64,000 nt of DNA from a bacterium (lineage in GTDB: Bacteria; UBA8248). The notes below the pieces were generated by a model that had not been told where the DNA came from, made no database searches, and saw only the letters and a program-made list of their open reading frames with translations. The position numbers and the translations under genes were made by a program. Of the stretch, positions 42,031-51,437 are shown one piece after another; positions within the stretch are counted from its first letter, which is position 1; each line of letters starts with the position of its first letter. The stretch is from positions 3,648,001 to 3,712,000 of the forward strand of contig OZ241875.1 in the NCBI GenBank assembly GCA_965203325.1, read 5' to 3'.

Positions 42031-42217
42031 CTTTTCCTCTCCGCGGGTCTGGCTTGGGAGTGGAGTAGCCTCTCGAATATGACGCACGGGGGTGGGAAAA
42101 GCAACATCGGCCGTCGCCCGCGCCGCTGGTTCGGGATGGGCGATGGTCTTTTTACCTTGAGACGAGAAGGAGCCTGCCCGATATAGCGCATGGCGCGCCG
42201 TCGTCAAAGTGAAGGCC

Positions 42218-43189
42218 TTAGTTGATCGGCACGGGCGGTACGACGAGCACGCCGTGCGCCCCGTTTCCCACGCGGATTTTCCTGATATTGCGGTGTGTTT
42301 TCGCGTCCATCACGAACACTTCCCTGGAATCGCGGTTCGTCACGTAGGCGAGCGCGCCGTCGGGCGTGAAGGCGATGAGGTCGGGCCGGATTCCCTGCCT
42401 GACGCTGGCGACGCGCTTTTGTGCGGGCAGGGAGAAGACCGACACCCTGTTCTTGTGCGGCAGGGTGAGGTAGAGGAACTTCCCGTCCGGGGTGATGAGG
42501 GCGTCGTGCGGTTCGCCGGAGAGTTTCATGGTGCGGATGATTTCCAGGGTATCGAGGTCGACCACGCTGTAGGAGTTCCGCTCCCCGTTCATGACGTAGA
42601 GCCTTTTGCCGTCGCGCGTCACGTCGATGCCCTCGATGTAGTGGCCCGCTTCGATCTGCTTGATCGGTTTTCTCGTCTCGAGATCGACGACAGAGACGTC
42701 CTCGCTGAGCTCGTTCGCCACGAAGGCGAGGCGGCCGTCGGGGCTCAGTTTGATGTTCACCGGGTTGTTCCCCCCGTGCTTGATGAGGCCGATGATCCGG
42801 CGCGCCGCGACATCGAGAATCGTCACGTTGTCCGAATAGGTGTTCACGAAATAGGCGAGCGCGCCGTCGGGGGAGAACGCCAGGTTGTAGGGGTCGCGGC
42901 CCGCGCGCACGCGGCGGACGAATTTGAGCTTGTGCGTGTCGAAAATGCGCACGAAGGCGCTGCCGTCGTTGATGACGTAGGCGTGGCGCCCGTCGGGCGC
43001 GAGGGAGAGGCGGTTCGCCTTCCTGCCGGCGGGGATCGTTGCGATGACCTCATGCGTTTCGCGCGAGATGACGCTCAGCGTGCCGTCGCGCGTGTTCGTG
43101 ACGAGAATCCGCTCGCCCGCCGCGAGCGCGAGCGCGGGAGCCGAGAGCAGAATAGAGGAGATGACAAGTGAGAGAGTAATGTCGCGCAT
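42218..43189 (-). CDS. Secreted YVTN/YncE-type beta-propeller protein
   Basis: Signal peptide; about 7 repeats of SPDG..(A/L)YV.N..S..V.V.D. Confidence 0.88.
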   Translation of the reverse strand: MRDITLSLVISSILLSAPALALAAGERILVTNTRDGTLSVISRETHEVIATIPAGRKANRLSLAPDGRHAYVINDGSAFVRIFDTHKLKFVRRVRAGRDPYNLAFSPDGALAYFVNTYSDNVTILDVAARRIIGLIKHGGNNPVNIKLSPDGRLAFVANELSEDVSVVDLETRKPIKQIEAGHYIEGIDVTRDGKRLYVMNGERNSYSVVDLDTLEIIRTMKLSGEPHDALITPDGKFLYLTLPHKNRVSVFSLPAQKRVASVRQGIRPDLIAFTPDGALAYVTNRDSREVFVMDAKTHRNIRKIRVGNGAHGVLVVPPVPIN

Positions 43190-43199
43190 GGTATGAAAC

Positions 43200-43634
43200 C
43201 TAGCGGCCTTGTTGTTTCAAAAACGCCTCTTTCGCCTTGGGGTCGAAGCGGCAATCGCACATCTTGCGGATCAGGGCCACCAAATCACGAATTTCCTGTT
43301 TTGTAAACACGTTGCCCCACGGCGGCATAATGGGGGAGAGGTCGCTCGCCCCGCCTCCGCGGGTGATGGTGCGCACCATGTCTTCATCGGAGAACTGGGC
43401 CATGTCCTTGCCGTCGGTGAGGTTGCGGGGGTTCACGGGCAGCTTATCGGTGTTGTTCACTCCCTTACCGTCTCCCTTGGGGCCGTGGCACTGGATGCAG
43501 TACCAGCGGAAGTTCTCCTGTGCGCTCACACGGTTCGCGTGCTCCTCCGCGTCTGCAAGAAGCGGGGCGTTCGCCGTCGCCATGATGCAGGCGGATATGA
43601 GCGTCCCGCTGATGAGACGCGATAAAGGCTTCAT
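43200..43634 (-). CDS. Monoheme cytochrome c
   Basis: Signal peptide, CIQCH, G.G.G, PRNLTD, MPPWG. Confidence 0.88.
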   Translation of the reverse strand: MKPLSRLISGTLISACIMATANAPLLADAEEHANRVSAQENFRWYCIQCHGPKGDGKGVNNTDKLPVNPRNLTDGKDMAQFSDEDMVRTITRGGGASDLSPIMPPWGNVFTKQEIRDLVALIRKMCDCRFDPKAKEAFLKQQGR

Positions 43635-44350
43635 TTGAAGCTCGCGATATAGGCGGCGAGAGCGATGAAGTCTTTATCGCTCAGCTTCGTGAACGGTTTA
43701 TCCCCATACACCGGCATCCTGCCGTTGGGGTTGTAGCGCGCAGGCTTTTTGAGGAAAGCCACGATGAAATCGGGGTTCAGCCTGCCTCCCGCCCCTTTGA
43801 AATGGGGCGCGCTGTGGCCGCCCACCTCGATTTTCGTCCGGTACACCGTCTTTCGTATCGCGACCATGTGGCACGAATAACACGGCTGTTTTTTTTGAAA
43901 CAGGATTCTCGCCCTCCTGAGCACTTTTCGGGGGACTTTCTTCCACCGCGGAACGACGCCGGCCGGCATTTCGGGATCTGTAAAGCTTTCCAGATATGCC
44001 GCCACCTTCGCCGCCTCCTCCTCGGGCAGGGCAGGGTGCGGGTATTTGCCCCGCTTCATGGTGCCGTAGACGACGCCGCGAAAAGGTTCGGGTTCCGCGA
44101 GCCATTTCGCCAGAAAGCCGGGCAGAAACTTGCTTCCCGCATACCAGAGCGTAGGGCCTTTGATTCCGTGGCGCGCAGGCGGGGGTATCCTGGTTTCAGG
44201 GCCTTTCAGGGTGTGGCAGCTTCCGCAGTTGTTTCGCTCGAAAAGGGATTTTCCCTCCTGAACCTCCGCCCCGGATGTATGGGCGCACATGAGCAGGAGA
44301 GAGAAAACTGATGCGAACGCGAGGGGAAACATCTTTATCATGCGTTTCAT
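43631..44350 (-). CDS. Diheme cytochrome c
   Basis: Signal peptide, CGSCH and CYSCH, GP.L..AG.K, MP. Confidence 0.85.
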   Translation of the reverse strand: MKRMIKMFPLAFASVFSLLLMCAHTSGAEVQEGKSLFERNNCGSCHTLKGPETRIPPPARHGIKGPTLWYAGSKFLPGFLAKWLAEPEPFRGVVYGTMKRGKYPHPALPEEEAAKVAAYLESFTDPEMPAGVVPRWKKVPRKVLRRARILFQKKQPCYSCHMVAIRKTVYRTKIEVGGHSAPHFKGAGGRLNPDFIVAFLKKPARYNPNGRMPVYGDKPFTKLSDKDFIALAAYIASFK

Positions 44351-44416
44351 CCGGTTCGTCCTTGATCGGTTCGAATCGGCGCGGGCGGTAACGGGGTGGA
44401 GTTTGCCGAAAAAGCC

Positions 44417-45472
44417 TCACTTCGGCAACTCGGGGGTTTTGACCTCGGGGAGGTCGCCCGTGAGCGCGCCCATGAAGGCGATCAGGTCCTCTTTTTCGGT
44501 CTTCGTGAGCTTGAGCGGCTTCATGTCCGGGTCGAGGTGCGGGTTCGGGTGTCCGCCCTCGTCGTAGAAATCGATCACTTCCGCAAGCGTGGCGAAGCGG
44601 CCGTCGTGCATGTAGGGCGCCGTGTAGGTGATGTGGCGAAGTGTGGGCGTCTTGAACTTACCCCGGTCCTTGATTTTTTTGGTGATCGCCTCTCGCCCGA
44701 GTTGCAGGGGCTTCTTGTCCATCCCGACGCCCAGATTGTGGAACTTATCGTCCGTGAAGGGCGCGCTGAACTCGTCCACCAGGTGGCATTTCACGCAATT
44801 TCCCTTGGTTCTAAAGACCTCGAATCCCCTGATGGCGCGGGACGAGAGCGCGGACTCATCTCCCTCGTATTTCCAGCGGTCGAACGGGGAATTCCCCGAC
44901 AGCAGGGTGCGCTCGAAGGTGGCGATGGCCTGAACGACTCGTTCCAGGCTGATCCCCGGGCTTCCGAACGCCGCTGCGAATCGCTCCCGGTACTCCGGGA
45001 TAGCCCCGAGCGTGCGGATGATTCTCTCTTCGCTCGAAGCCATCTCGCTCGGGTGGAGTATGGGCCCTTTGGCCTGTTCCTCGAGGCTGCCCGCGCGCCC
45101 GTCCCAGAACTGGGACTCGTTGTAGGCGGCGTTGATGACGGTGGGCACGTTCCGGAGTGTGAGCCTGCCCTCGAAGCCGATTCCGTACTGGCGCGCGTTC
45201 GAGAATCCGCGCCGGGGCATGTGGCACGTCGCGCAGGAGACCTTCCCGTCGCCTGAGAAACGTTTTTCGAAATAAAGCAGCCTTCCGAGTTCGATCTTGG
45301 GCCGCGTCATGGGGTTGTCATCGGGCACGGGCACGTCGTCGAGGCCGAGCGGCGGTTCCGGGGGGAGTTCTTCCTGCGCGCGCGCGTCCTGCGGGTGCGC
45401 AGGTGGTGCGGGTATCCACCCGAGCACCGCTGTCAGGAAACACAGCGCTGCGATTCGCGCGAGATGAAACAC
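44417..45472 (-). CDS. Diheme cytochrome c peroxidase, bCcP/MauG superfamily
   Basis: LG..LYF..R.S, CATCH, RN.PT..N, QFWDGRA, CVKCH, FKTPTLR, PYMHDG; GTG start after GAGG. Confidence 0.9.
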   Translation of the reverse strand: MFHLARIAALCFLTAVLGWIPAPPAHPQDARAQEELPPEPPLGLDDVPVPDDNPMTRPKIELGRLLYFEKRFSGDGKVSCATCHMPRRGFSNARQYGIGFEGRLTLRNVPTVINAAYNESQFWDGRAGSLEEQAKGPILHPSEMASSEERIIRTLGAIPEYRERFAAAFGSPGISLERVVQAIATFERTLLSGNSPFDRWKYEGDESALSSRAIRGFEVFRTKGNCVKCHLVDEFSAPFTDDKFHNLGVGMDKKPLQLGREAITKKIKDRGKFKTPTLRHITYTAPYMHDGRFATLAEVIDFYDEGGHPNPHLDPDMKPLKLTKTEKEDLIAFMGALTGDLPEVKTPELPK

Positions 45473-45527
45473 GGTTTTCCTCTTCGAACCGGGCGGCCAG
45501 GCAGGGCGGATCAAAGATTCTCCGGCG

Positions 45528-45920
45528 TCATGTTCTTTTCAGCAACTCGATGCTGACGCCGTCGGGCGCCTCGATGAAGGCGATGCGCGTCGTCGGGTTG
45601 AATTGTACCGGTTCCACGGTGAATTTCACGCCCTTTTTCTTGAGGTCGTCGCAATAGGCGTCGAAATCGCCCGAAACCTCGAAGGCGAAATGATCCGTCC
45701 CCCATTCGAGGCCGCCCTTATCCCCTGCGCTCTCACCCGTTCTCTCCCCCCGGACGATGACCGTGGCGCCGTTGAATTTTACGGGAATCTGCGGCGCGCC
45801 CTTGAACACGCCGCCCTCTCCGCGCTCGCCGCCGAGATTCTCGACGAACCAGTTCACGCTCGCCTCGGGGTCTTTGCTGATGACGTGCACGTGATCGAAT
45901 ACGATGCCGGCTGAACTCAT
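45528..45920 (-). CDS. VOC/glyoxalase family protein
   Basis: DHVH, DHFAF, F...PDG..IEL. Confidence 0.88.
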   Translation of the reverse strand: MSSAGIVFDHVHVISKDPEASVNWFVENLGGERGEGGVFKGAPQIPVKFNGATVIVRGERTGESAGDKGGLEWGTDHFAFEVSGDFDAYCDDLKKKGVKFTVEPVQFNPTTRIAFIEAPDGVSIELLKRT

Positions 45921-45992
45921 TTCTAGGCTCCTATTTCAATTAACCATCTCAAGCGCGCGACGCAGTCGCACGCCCTGAATTCATCCTTTTGC

Positions 45993-46643
45993 TTAGGCGT
46001 CCCAGGTGACGTCCCCGAATTCATCCGGCCCCGGTCTTCCCGCGGCCCGGAACCCGGCGACTTCCGCCTTGCTCTGCGCGACGGTGCTGTTCGCTCCGTG
46101 GCCGGGGTAGAGCACCGTGTCGTCCGGCAGGGCGAACACCTTGTTCTCGATGGAATCGAGCGACGTGAGCAGTTGTTCGTGGTTCCAGGTCTTTCCGGGA
46201 CCGCCGGGGAAAATCGTGTCTCCGCAGACGCAGTGGCCCGGATAATAGAACATCAGCATGCCCTTGCAGTGCCCGGGCGTGTGGATGGCCTTGAGCGTAA
46301 TCTCGCCGAAAGTGATCTCCTCGCCGTCCGCGATGGTGAAATCAGGGCTGATGCCGAACTCTTTGGCGTCCTCGGCATGCTGGCCCAGGGGTGCGCCCGT
46401 ACGGCTGCGCACCTCATCGAGCGCGTCGATGTGGTCGCCGTGGCAATGGGTCTGTAGAATGTATTTGGGCGTGGCGCCTTCGCACGCGGCGAGAATCGGC
46501 TCGGCGGAATGGGAGGTGTCGATGATGACGCACTCCTTCGTCGCCTTGCACGTCAGCACGTACACGTTGTTGCTGTAGGGGCCGATGTTGAGCTTCTGGA
46601 AATCGAGTGCGGGAAGGTCCACTCTCTGGTCGAATTCACCCAT
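45993..46643 (-). CDS. MBL-fold metallo-hydrolase (glyoxalase II-like)
   Basis: THCHGDH, HTPGH, GD.IF, PGHG. Confidence 0.9.
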   Translation of the reverse strand: MGEFDQRVDLPALDFQKLNIGPYSNNVYVLTCKATKECVIIDTSHSAEPILAACEGATPKYILQTHCHGDHIDALDEVRSRTGAPLGQHAEDAKEFGISPDFTIADGEEITFGEITLKAIHTPGHCKGMLMFYYPGHCVCGDTIFPGGPGKTWNHEQLLTSLDSIENKVFALPDDTVLYPGHGANSTVAQSKAEVAGFRAAGRPGPDEFGDVTWDA

Positions 46644-46751
46644 GGTGTTTTCTCTCCTTTGTCTGATGAATGCCGGCGTTCACGAAGACGAGGTGACAGG
46701 AAACTTTACTGCCTTAACCGGGCAGACCACAACCTTGAGTTGAGAAATTTC

Positions 46752-47426
46752 ATGGACAAACCCTTCGTATACGCGAATCTGGCGGTGACGCTCGACGGCA
46801 AAATCGCAAGTTTCGACCGCGAGGATTTCTCCTTAGGTTCGAGAGCGGATCGCCTGGAGATGGATCGGCTCAGGGCCAGGGCGGACGCCGTGATATGGGG
46901 CGGCGAGACGCTCAGGACGGCGCGGCATCCTGCGCGGGTGCGTGAGGAATCCCTCGTGAGTGATCGGGTCGAGCGCGGCCTCCCGCCGCATCCGGCGAAC
47001 GTTCTTGTTACGAAAAGCGGCGATTTCCCCGATAAATTGCCGTGGTTTTCGAGCGATGAAATCGAGCGGTTCATATTCACTGCGCCTGAGGGCGCGCACC
47101 GCCTCACAGAAGACAGGGCCGGAGGCGCGAATATTGTCATTCTGGACGAGGCGGAACCTCTCGCGCCACAGGTGCTGGCCCATTTTGGGGAGTGCGGGAT
47201 GAAGAATGTGTTGATAGAGGGTGGCGGATCCCTGGTATGGGAGTTCGCCCGTTATATCGACGAATTTCACGTGACGCTTACCCCCTGGCTGGCTGGCGGC
47301 TCCGACGCTCCCACGCTCATGGACGGACCGGGTTTCCCCTCGGGCGAGTTTCTGGGGCTCGCGCTCGTGGAGGTCCGGCAAGAGGGGGATGAGCTGTTCC
47401 TGCGCTACAAGGCGAAGCGCGAGTGA
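46752..47426 (+). CDS. RibD C-terminal domain reductase family protein
   Basis: A.TLDGKI, LRA.ADAV..G.ET.R, IEGG..L, IDE...L.P...GG..AP. Confidence 0.85.
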   Translation: MDKPFVYANLAVTLDGKIASFDREDFSLGSRADRLEMDRLRARADAVIWGGETLRTARHPARVREESLVSDRVERGLPPHPANVLVTKSGDFPDKLPWFSSDEIERFIFTAPEGAHRLTEDRAGGANIVILDEAEPLAPQVLAHFGECGMKNVLIEGGGSLVWEFARYIDEFHVTLTPWLAGGSDAPTLMDGPGFPSGEFLGLALVEVRQEGDELFLRYKAKRE

Positions 47427-47439
47427 GGCATCACGCACC

Positions 47440-47675
47440 GGGAGTGTTGGGAAAGTGCTGTTCTTGAAAACCAACCCCCCGGTCCCTCCTTGTCAGGGGG
47501 TAAAGGTGATGTCTCAGACAAGAAAAGCAACCCCCCCTACCCCCCCCCCCTTAACAGGGGGGTATAAAAAGGCGACGCCCACCGCCGGCAGCGGGGCTTT
47601 TGTTTTTTCTTGCCCCCCTGTTAAGGGGGGGGTAGGGGGGGTTGCTCCTTTGGCAAAGGCTTTTTCACCAACCCC
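47440..47675. repeat. Palindromic element with a ~120-bp hairpin and degenerate terminal repeats
   Basis: AGCAACCCCCCCTACC..CTTAACAGGGGGG (47526) pairs with CCCCCCTGTTAAGG..GTAGGGGGGGTTGCT (47646); right end TTTTTCACCAACCCC. Confidence 0.75.
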
Positions 47676-47698
47676 GCCTTGGTCGGAATCGACCCCTG

Positions 47699-47971
47699 GA
47701 AGGTTGTTCTAAATTGACTAGGAAGGGAATTCACTCCCCCCTTGAGGGTCTGGCTTCCCGAGGGGAAAGCCAGACGGTGAGGTGAGGGGGCTTTTACCCG
47801 AAACCGAACCGGTGGGGGGAGTTTTTTTCTGTGGCATGTCCCCCCACCGATTCAGCCTTCGCATAAATCGCTCGGCTTCATCGACTCCCCCTCAAGGGGG
47901 GAGTTGATTTGAAATTCTCTTTGGTGGAGAGAGTGCCGTAGATAACGAACGCCGGCTATTTCACCAACCCC
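47699..47971. repeat. ACTCCCCC-TTGAGGG palindromic element, homologous to 49113-49387
   Basis: Shared blocks TTCACTCCCCC..TTGAGGG, CTGTGGCATGTCCCCCCACCG, GACTCCCCCTCAAGGGGGGAGTTGATTTGAAAT; right end TTTCACCAACCCC. Confidence 0.75.
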
Positions 47972-48087
47972 ACACCGCGCGGATTGAACCGCCACCGCTC
48001 CGTGTGATACTCATAAAAGCCTGAAAATCATTTTCTCGCAATACTTCAAAAGGCGTATTCCGTTGTCATCGCCGGGAGGAGGAGGCC

Positions 48088-49080
48088 GTGGCCACCAGGG
48101 CGAAGAAGAGAAGATCGGCGAAGCCGAAGAGGTTGACGAAAAAAGACCTGAACGCGATGTACCGCAACATGCTGCGCATCCGCCGCTTCGAGGAGAAGAC
48201 GGACGAGTTCTTCATGGCGGGCCGGGTGAAGGGGGCGGTCCACGTGAGCATCGGGCAGGAGGCGTGCTCGGTCGGCGTCTGCACCGCGCTCGAGGATGAA
48301 GACGCTATCCTCACCACCCACCGGGGCCACGGGCACTCCATCGCTAAGGGCACCCGGATGCCCGAGATGATGGCCGAGCTTCTCGGCAAGTCCACCGGTC
48401 TCTGCAAGGCGCGTGGCGGCTCCATGCACATCGCCGACATCTCGAAGGGCCACTACGGCGCGCACTCCATCGTGGGGGCGAACATGCCGATGGCCACGGG
48501 GATGGGCCTCGCCTATCAGTTGGAAGGCCAAGGCCGCGTGGCGGTGGTCTTCTTCGGGGACGGCGCCTCGAACCAGGGCAGTTTTCACGAGTCGATGAAC
48601 CTGTGCGCCATCTGGAAGCTGCCCGTCATCTTCTTCTGCGAGAACAACCACTACGCGGTGAGCTACCACGTGGAGCGCTCAACTGCTGTAAAAGACATCA
48701 GCGTGCGCGCACAGGGCTACGACTCGCCGGGCCTCACGGTGGACGGCATGGACGTCGTGGCCGTCTACGAGGCGACGGCCGAGGCCGTGCGCCGTGCGCG
48801 CGAGGGGGGCGGCCCGAGCCTCATCGAGGCGAAGACGTATCGCTTCTTCGGCCACTCGCGCGGCGACCCCCAGTTCGGCCCGTACCGCACGAAAGAAGAG
48901 GTGGACGAGTGGCGAAAGCGCGACCCGCTCACGATCGCGGCCGACATGCTGAAACTCACCGAAGCGCAGAAAAAGGCGCACCTGAAAGCCGTGGATAAGG
49001 AGCTCAACGACGCCATCGACTTTGCGGAGGGCAGCCCCGAGGCCACGCTCGAATCGGCACTCGAGGACGTGTATGCCTAG
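48088..49080 (+). CDS. TPP-dependent dehydrogenase E1 alpha subunit (pyruvate/acetoin type)
   Basis: H.S.GQEA, HRGHGH, GGSMH, GDGASNQG, ENN.YA, TYR..GHS..D. Confidence 0.93.
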   Translation: MATRAKKRRSAKPKRLTKKDLNAMYRNMLRIRRFEEKTDEFFMAGRVKGAVHVSIGQEACSVGVCTALEDEDAILTTHRGHGHSIAKGTRMPEMMAELLGKSTGLCKARGGSMHIADISKGHYGAHSIVGANMPMATGMGLAYQLEGQGRVAVVFFGDGASNQGSFHESMNLCAIWKLPVIFFCENNHYAVSYHVERSTAVKDISVRAQGYDSPGLTVDGMDVVAVYEATAEAVRRAREGGGPSLIEAKTYRFFGHSRGDPQFGPYRTKEEVDEWRKRDPLTIAADMLKLTEAQKKAHLKAVDKELNDAIDFAEGSPEATLESALEDVYA

Positions 49081-49112
49081 AAGAGGGGATGGTGGAATCA
49101 TTGACCCCTGAG

Positions 49113-49387
49113 GGGGTTGTTGAAAAGTCCTGATGAACGAGGTGTTGACGCGACCGATGAGAGCAGATTTCACTCCCCCCTTGAGGGGGAGTCGCAGAAG
49201 CCGAGCGTTTTTTGCGAAGGCTGATGCGGTGGGGGGAGGTTTACTCTGTGGCATGTCCCCCCACCGGCGCGACTTCGGGCTTTGTCCTCGTCTTGCCGAC
49301 TCCCCCTCAAGGGGGGAGTTGATTTGAAATGCTCTTTGTGGAGAGAGATCGCCGCAGGTGACGTACACCGGCTTTTTCAGCAACCCC
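49113..49387. mobile_element. MITE-like element between the E1 alpha and beta genes
   Basis: Ends GGGGTTGTTGAAAAG / CTTTTTCAGCAACCCC; internal inverted pair ACTCCCCCTTGAGGGGGAGT / ACTCCCCCTCAAGGGGGGAGT. Confidence 0.65.
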
Positions 49388-49550
49388 CTCAAGGGGGGAG
49401 TGAAAAAAGCTCAAGCAGCGGAGAGTGTTTTTCGAGAAGGAATGATGAATTGATCGGCAAAAAGAAGTTGCCAACCAAAGTATATAATTCCCCTGGAAAT
49501 TCCCGTTCCGTGGCGCGGCGCGCCCGGTGAAAACACTGGAGAGAAATGAG

Positions 49551-50531
49551 ATGCGAGAGATCACATTTGTGGATGCGTTGACCGAAGCCCATCACGAGGA
49601 GATGGAGCGCGATGAGCGCGTGATCGTCATGGGCGAGGACGTGGAGCTTGCCTACGTCTTCGGCGTGACGAAGGGCCTCGCGGAGAAATTCGGGCGCGAC
49701 CGCGTGCGCGATACGCCTATCAGCGAACTCGGCATCGTGGGCGCGGGCGTGGGCGCCGCCATGGCGGGTTACCGCCCCATCGTCGAGATCATGTTCATGG
49801 ATTTCATCATGCTGGCGATGGACCCGCTCATCAACCAGGCGGCCAAGCTGCGCTACATGCTGGGCGGGCAGTTGAGCGTGCCCCTGGTCGTGCGCACCCC
49901 CGGCGGCGGCGGCGTGCAGTACGGTCCCACGCACAGCCAGTGCCTGGAAGCCTGGTTCATGCAGATACCGGGCATCAAAGTGGCGGCGCCGAGCGACCCC
50001 GCCGACGCCAAGGGCCTCATGTGCGCGGCGATAAGGGACGACAACCCCGTGCTCATGGTGGAGCACAAGATGCTCTACAAGATGAAGGGTGCAGTCCCCG
50101 AGGGTGAGCACGTCACCCCCTTCGGGCAGGCCGCCGTGAAGCGCGAAGGCGGCGACATCACCCTCATCGGCGTGGGCTACCAGGTGCACAACTGCCTGGC
50201 GGCGGCGGATGAACTTGAAAAAGAGGGCATCAGCGCGGAAGTGGTCGACCCCAGGACGCTGGCCCCGCTCGACACCGCGACGCTCGCCGAATCGGTCCGC
50301 AAGACGAACCGCTGCATCATTGTCGAGGAAGGGCACTTGAGGAGCGGCGTGGGCTCTGAGATTTCCGCCGCCGTCCAGGAGGAAGCCTTCGACTACCTCG
50401 ACGCCCCCATCGGCCGCGTGGCCGCCCTCGACGCGCCCATCCCCTTCGAGCCCCGCCTCGAGGACTTCGTGCTCCCCAACACCGCCAACGTCGTCGACGC
50501 CGCGAAGAAGGCGCTGGGGGTGAGTGTGTAA
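49551..50531 (+). CDS. TPP-dependent dehydrogenase E1 beta subunit
   Basis: MGEDV, DTPISE, EIMF.DF, HSQ, DAKGL, D.RTL.PLD, LDAP. Confidence 0.93.
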   Translation: MREITFVDALTEAHHEEMERDERVIVMGEDVELAYVFGVTKGLAEKFGRDRVRDTPISELGIVGAGVGAAMAGYRPIVEIMFMDFIMLAMDPLINQAAKLRYMLGGQLSVPLVVRTPGGGGVQYGPTHSQCLEAWFMQIPGIKVAAPSDPADAKGLMCAAIRDDNPVLMVEHKMLYKMKGAVPEGEHVTPFGQAAVKREGGDITLIGVGYQVHNCLAAADELEKEGISAEVVDPRTLAPLDTATLAESVRKTNRCIIVEEGHLRSGVGSEISAAVQEEAFDYLDAPIGRVAALDAPIPFEPRLEDFVLPNTANVVDAAKKALGVSV

Positions 50532-50925
50532 AACAGGAGCAGTTTCCATCAGAAGATAGTAGAGCGGTTTGGAAAATTAGACTGATGAGATCAAATCCGA
50601 CTGAGGAGGGGCTGTTTAAGAAGTCCCTTACCGTGAACCTCCCACCCCCCTTGTCATAAGGGGCTTTTCCACCATCCTCCCATTATTAAAATTTAATGCT
50701 TAAACCTTGATAATGAAATTTCTTATTAAGCTTTAGCGCGATATAACTGAAAGTAGGGGTTCTTTATTAATTTTTTAGTATTAACTCTTAATAACGGAAT
50801 TTCTTATGGAGCCTTGGTGAATCAGAATTTCCTCAATACCTGTCCGGCACGAAGGTCTGATCGCTGAAGGGAGGGGGGGCAGCCTGTCTGAGAGGAGCAC
50901 CCTTCGACGCAAACGCTCATTTATA

Positions 50926-51260
50926 GGGGTTGTTGAAAAAGTCCTCTCCGCTCGGAATTGACCACCGCCGTCATTCCGGCGAAAGCCGGAATGACGAACC
51001 AAATCCGCACCGCCTCATCCTGAGTAGCGGCGAAGCCGCGTATCGAAGGGCGAGGCCCCGCACCTGCCGGGGGACGTTCGTCCCTCCTCCTTCGATACGG
51101 CGCTGGCGCGCCTACTCAGGGTGAGGTCGGTATGGAGGCTGCTTGGATCGAGAGAAAACAGTCCCCTCATCCCGAGTAGGCCCGAAGGGCCGTATCGAGG
51201 GATACGCACCCGGCGTCATCCCGCCTCGACAAAAACGGGCGGCTCACGAGCCGCCCCTAC
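50926..51260. repeat. Stack of several palindromic repeat types
   Basis: GGGGTTGTTGAAAAAGTCC (50926); CGTCATTCCGGC-GAAA-GCCGGAATGACG (50969); CCTCATCCTGAGTAG..TATCGAAGG paired with CCTTCGATAC..CTACTCAGGGTGAGG (51013-51126); a related half at 51165; GGGCGGCTCACGAGCCGCCCCTAC (51237). Confidence 0.75.
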
Positions 51261-51437
51261 GGGAAGATCACCAAGCGAACGAACGCGAAGAGACACCGAA
51301 TTCCGCAACCCCTCCTACCTCAGTCGGGTCAATCGCTCCTTCATCAATCGTGTTTGACCCTCACCGCATCCGCCTTTGCCAAAACGCCCTTGCATCCGAC
51401 CCGTTCGTGGACTATATTCAGCCCACAGGAGGCGGCC

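Larger units (their letters stand above)
41220..42135. repeat. Tandem duplication, ~420 bp of homology at a 496-bp offset
   Basis: 41220-41640 is nearly identical to 41716-42135 (both begin GAAATCAGGCGAAGCG and end GGTTCGGAT/GGTTCGGGAT). Confidence 0.92.

Noticed and set aside
41220..42135. Duplicate pair as the template/variable repeats of a diversity-generating retroelement
   Set aside because: No reverse transcriptase, differences are not adenine-specific, and both copies are intact genes with upstream regions.
50582..50605. CTGATGAG followed by a short stem, resembling a hammerhead ribozyme core
   Set aside because: The required GAAA after stem II reads GAC, and stems I and III cannot be formed.
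47440..51260. Repeats considered as a CRISPR array
   Set aside because: No regularly spaced direct repeats with unique spacers and no cas genes; these are inverted palindromes.
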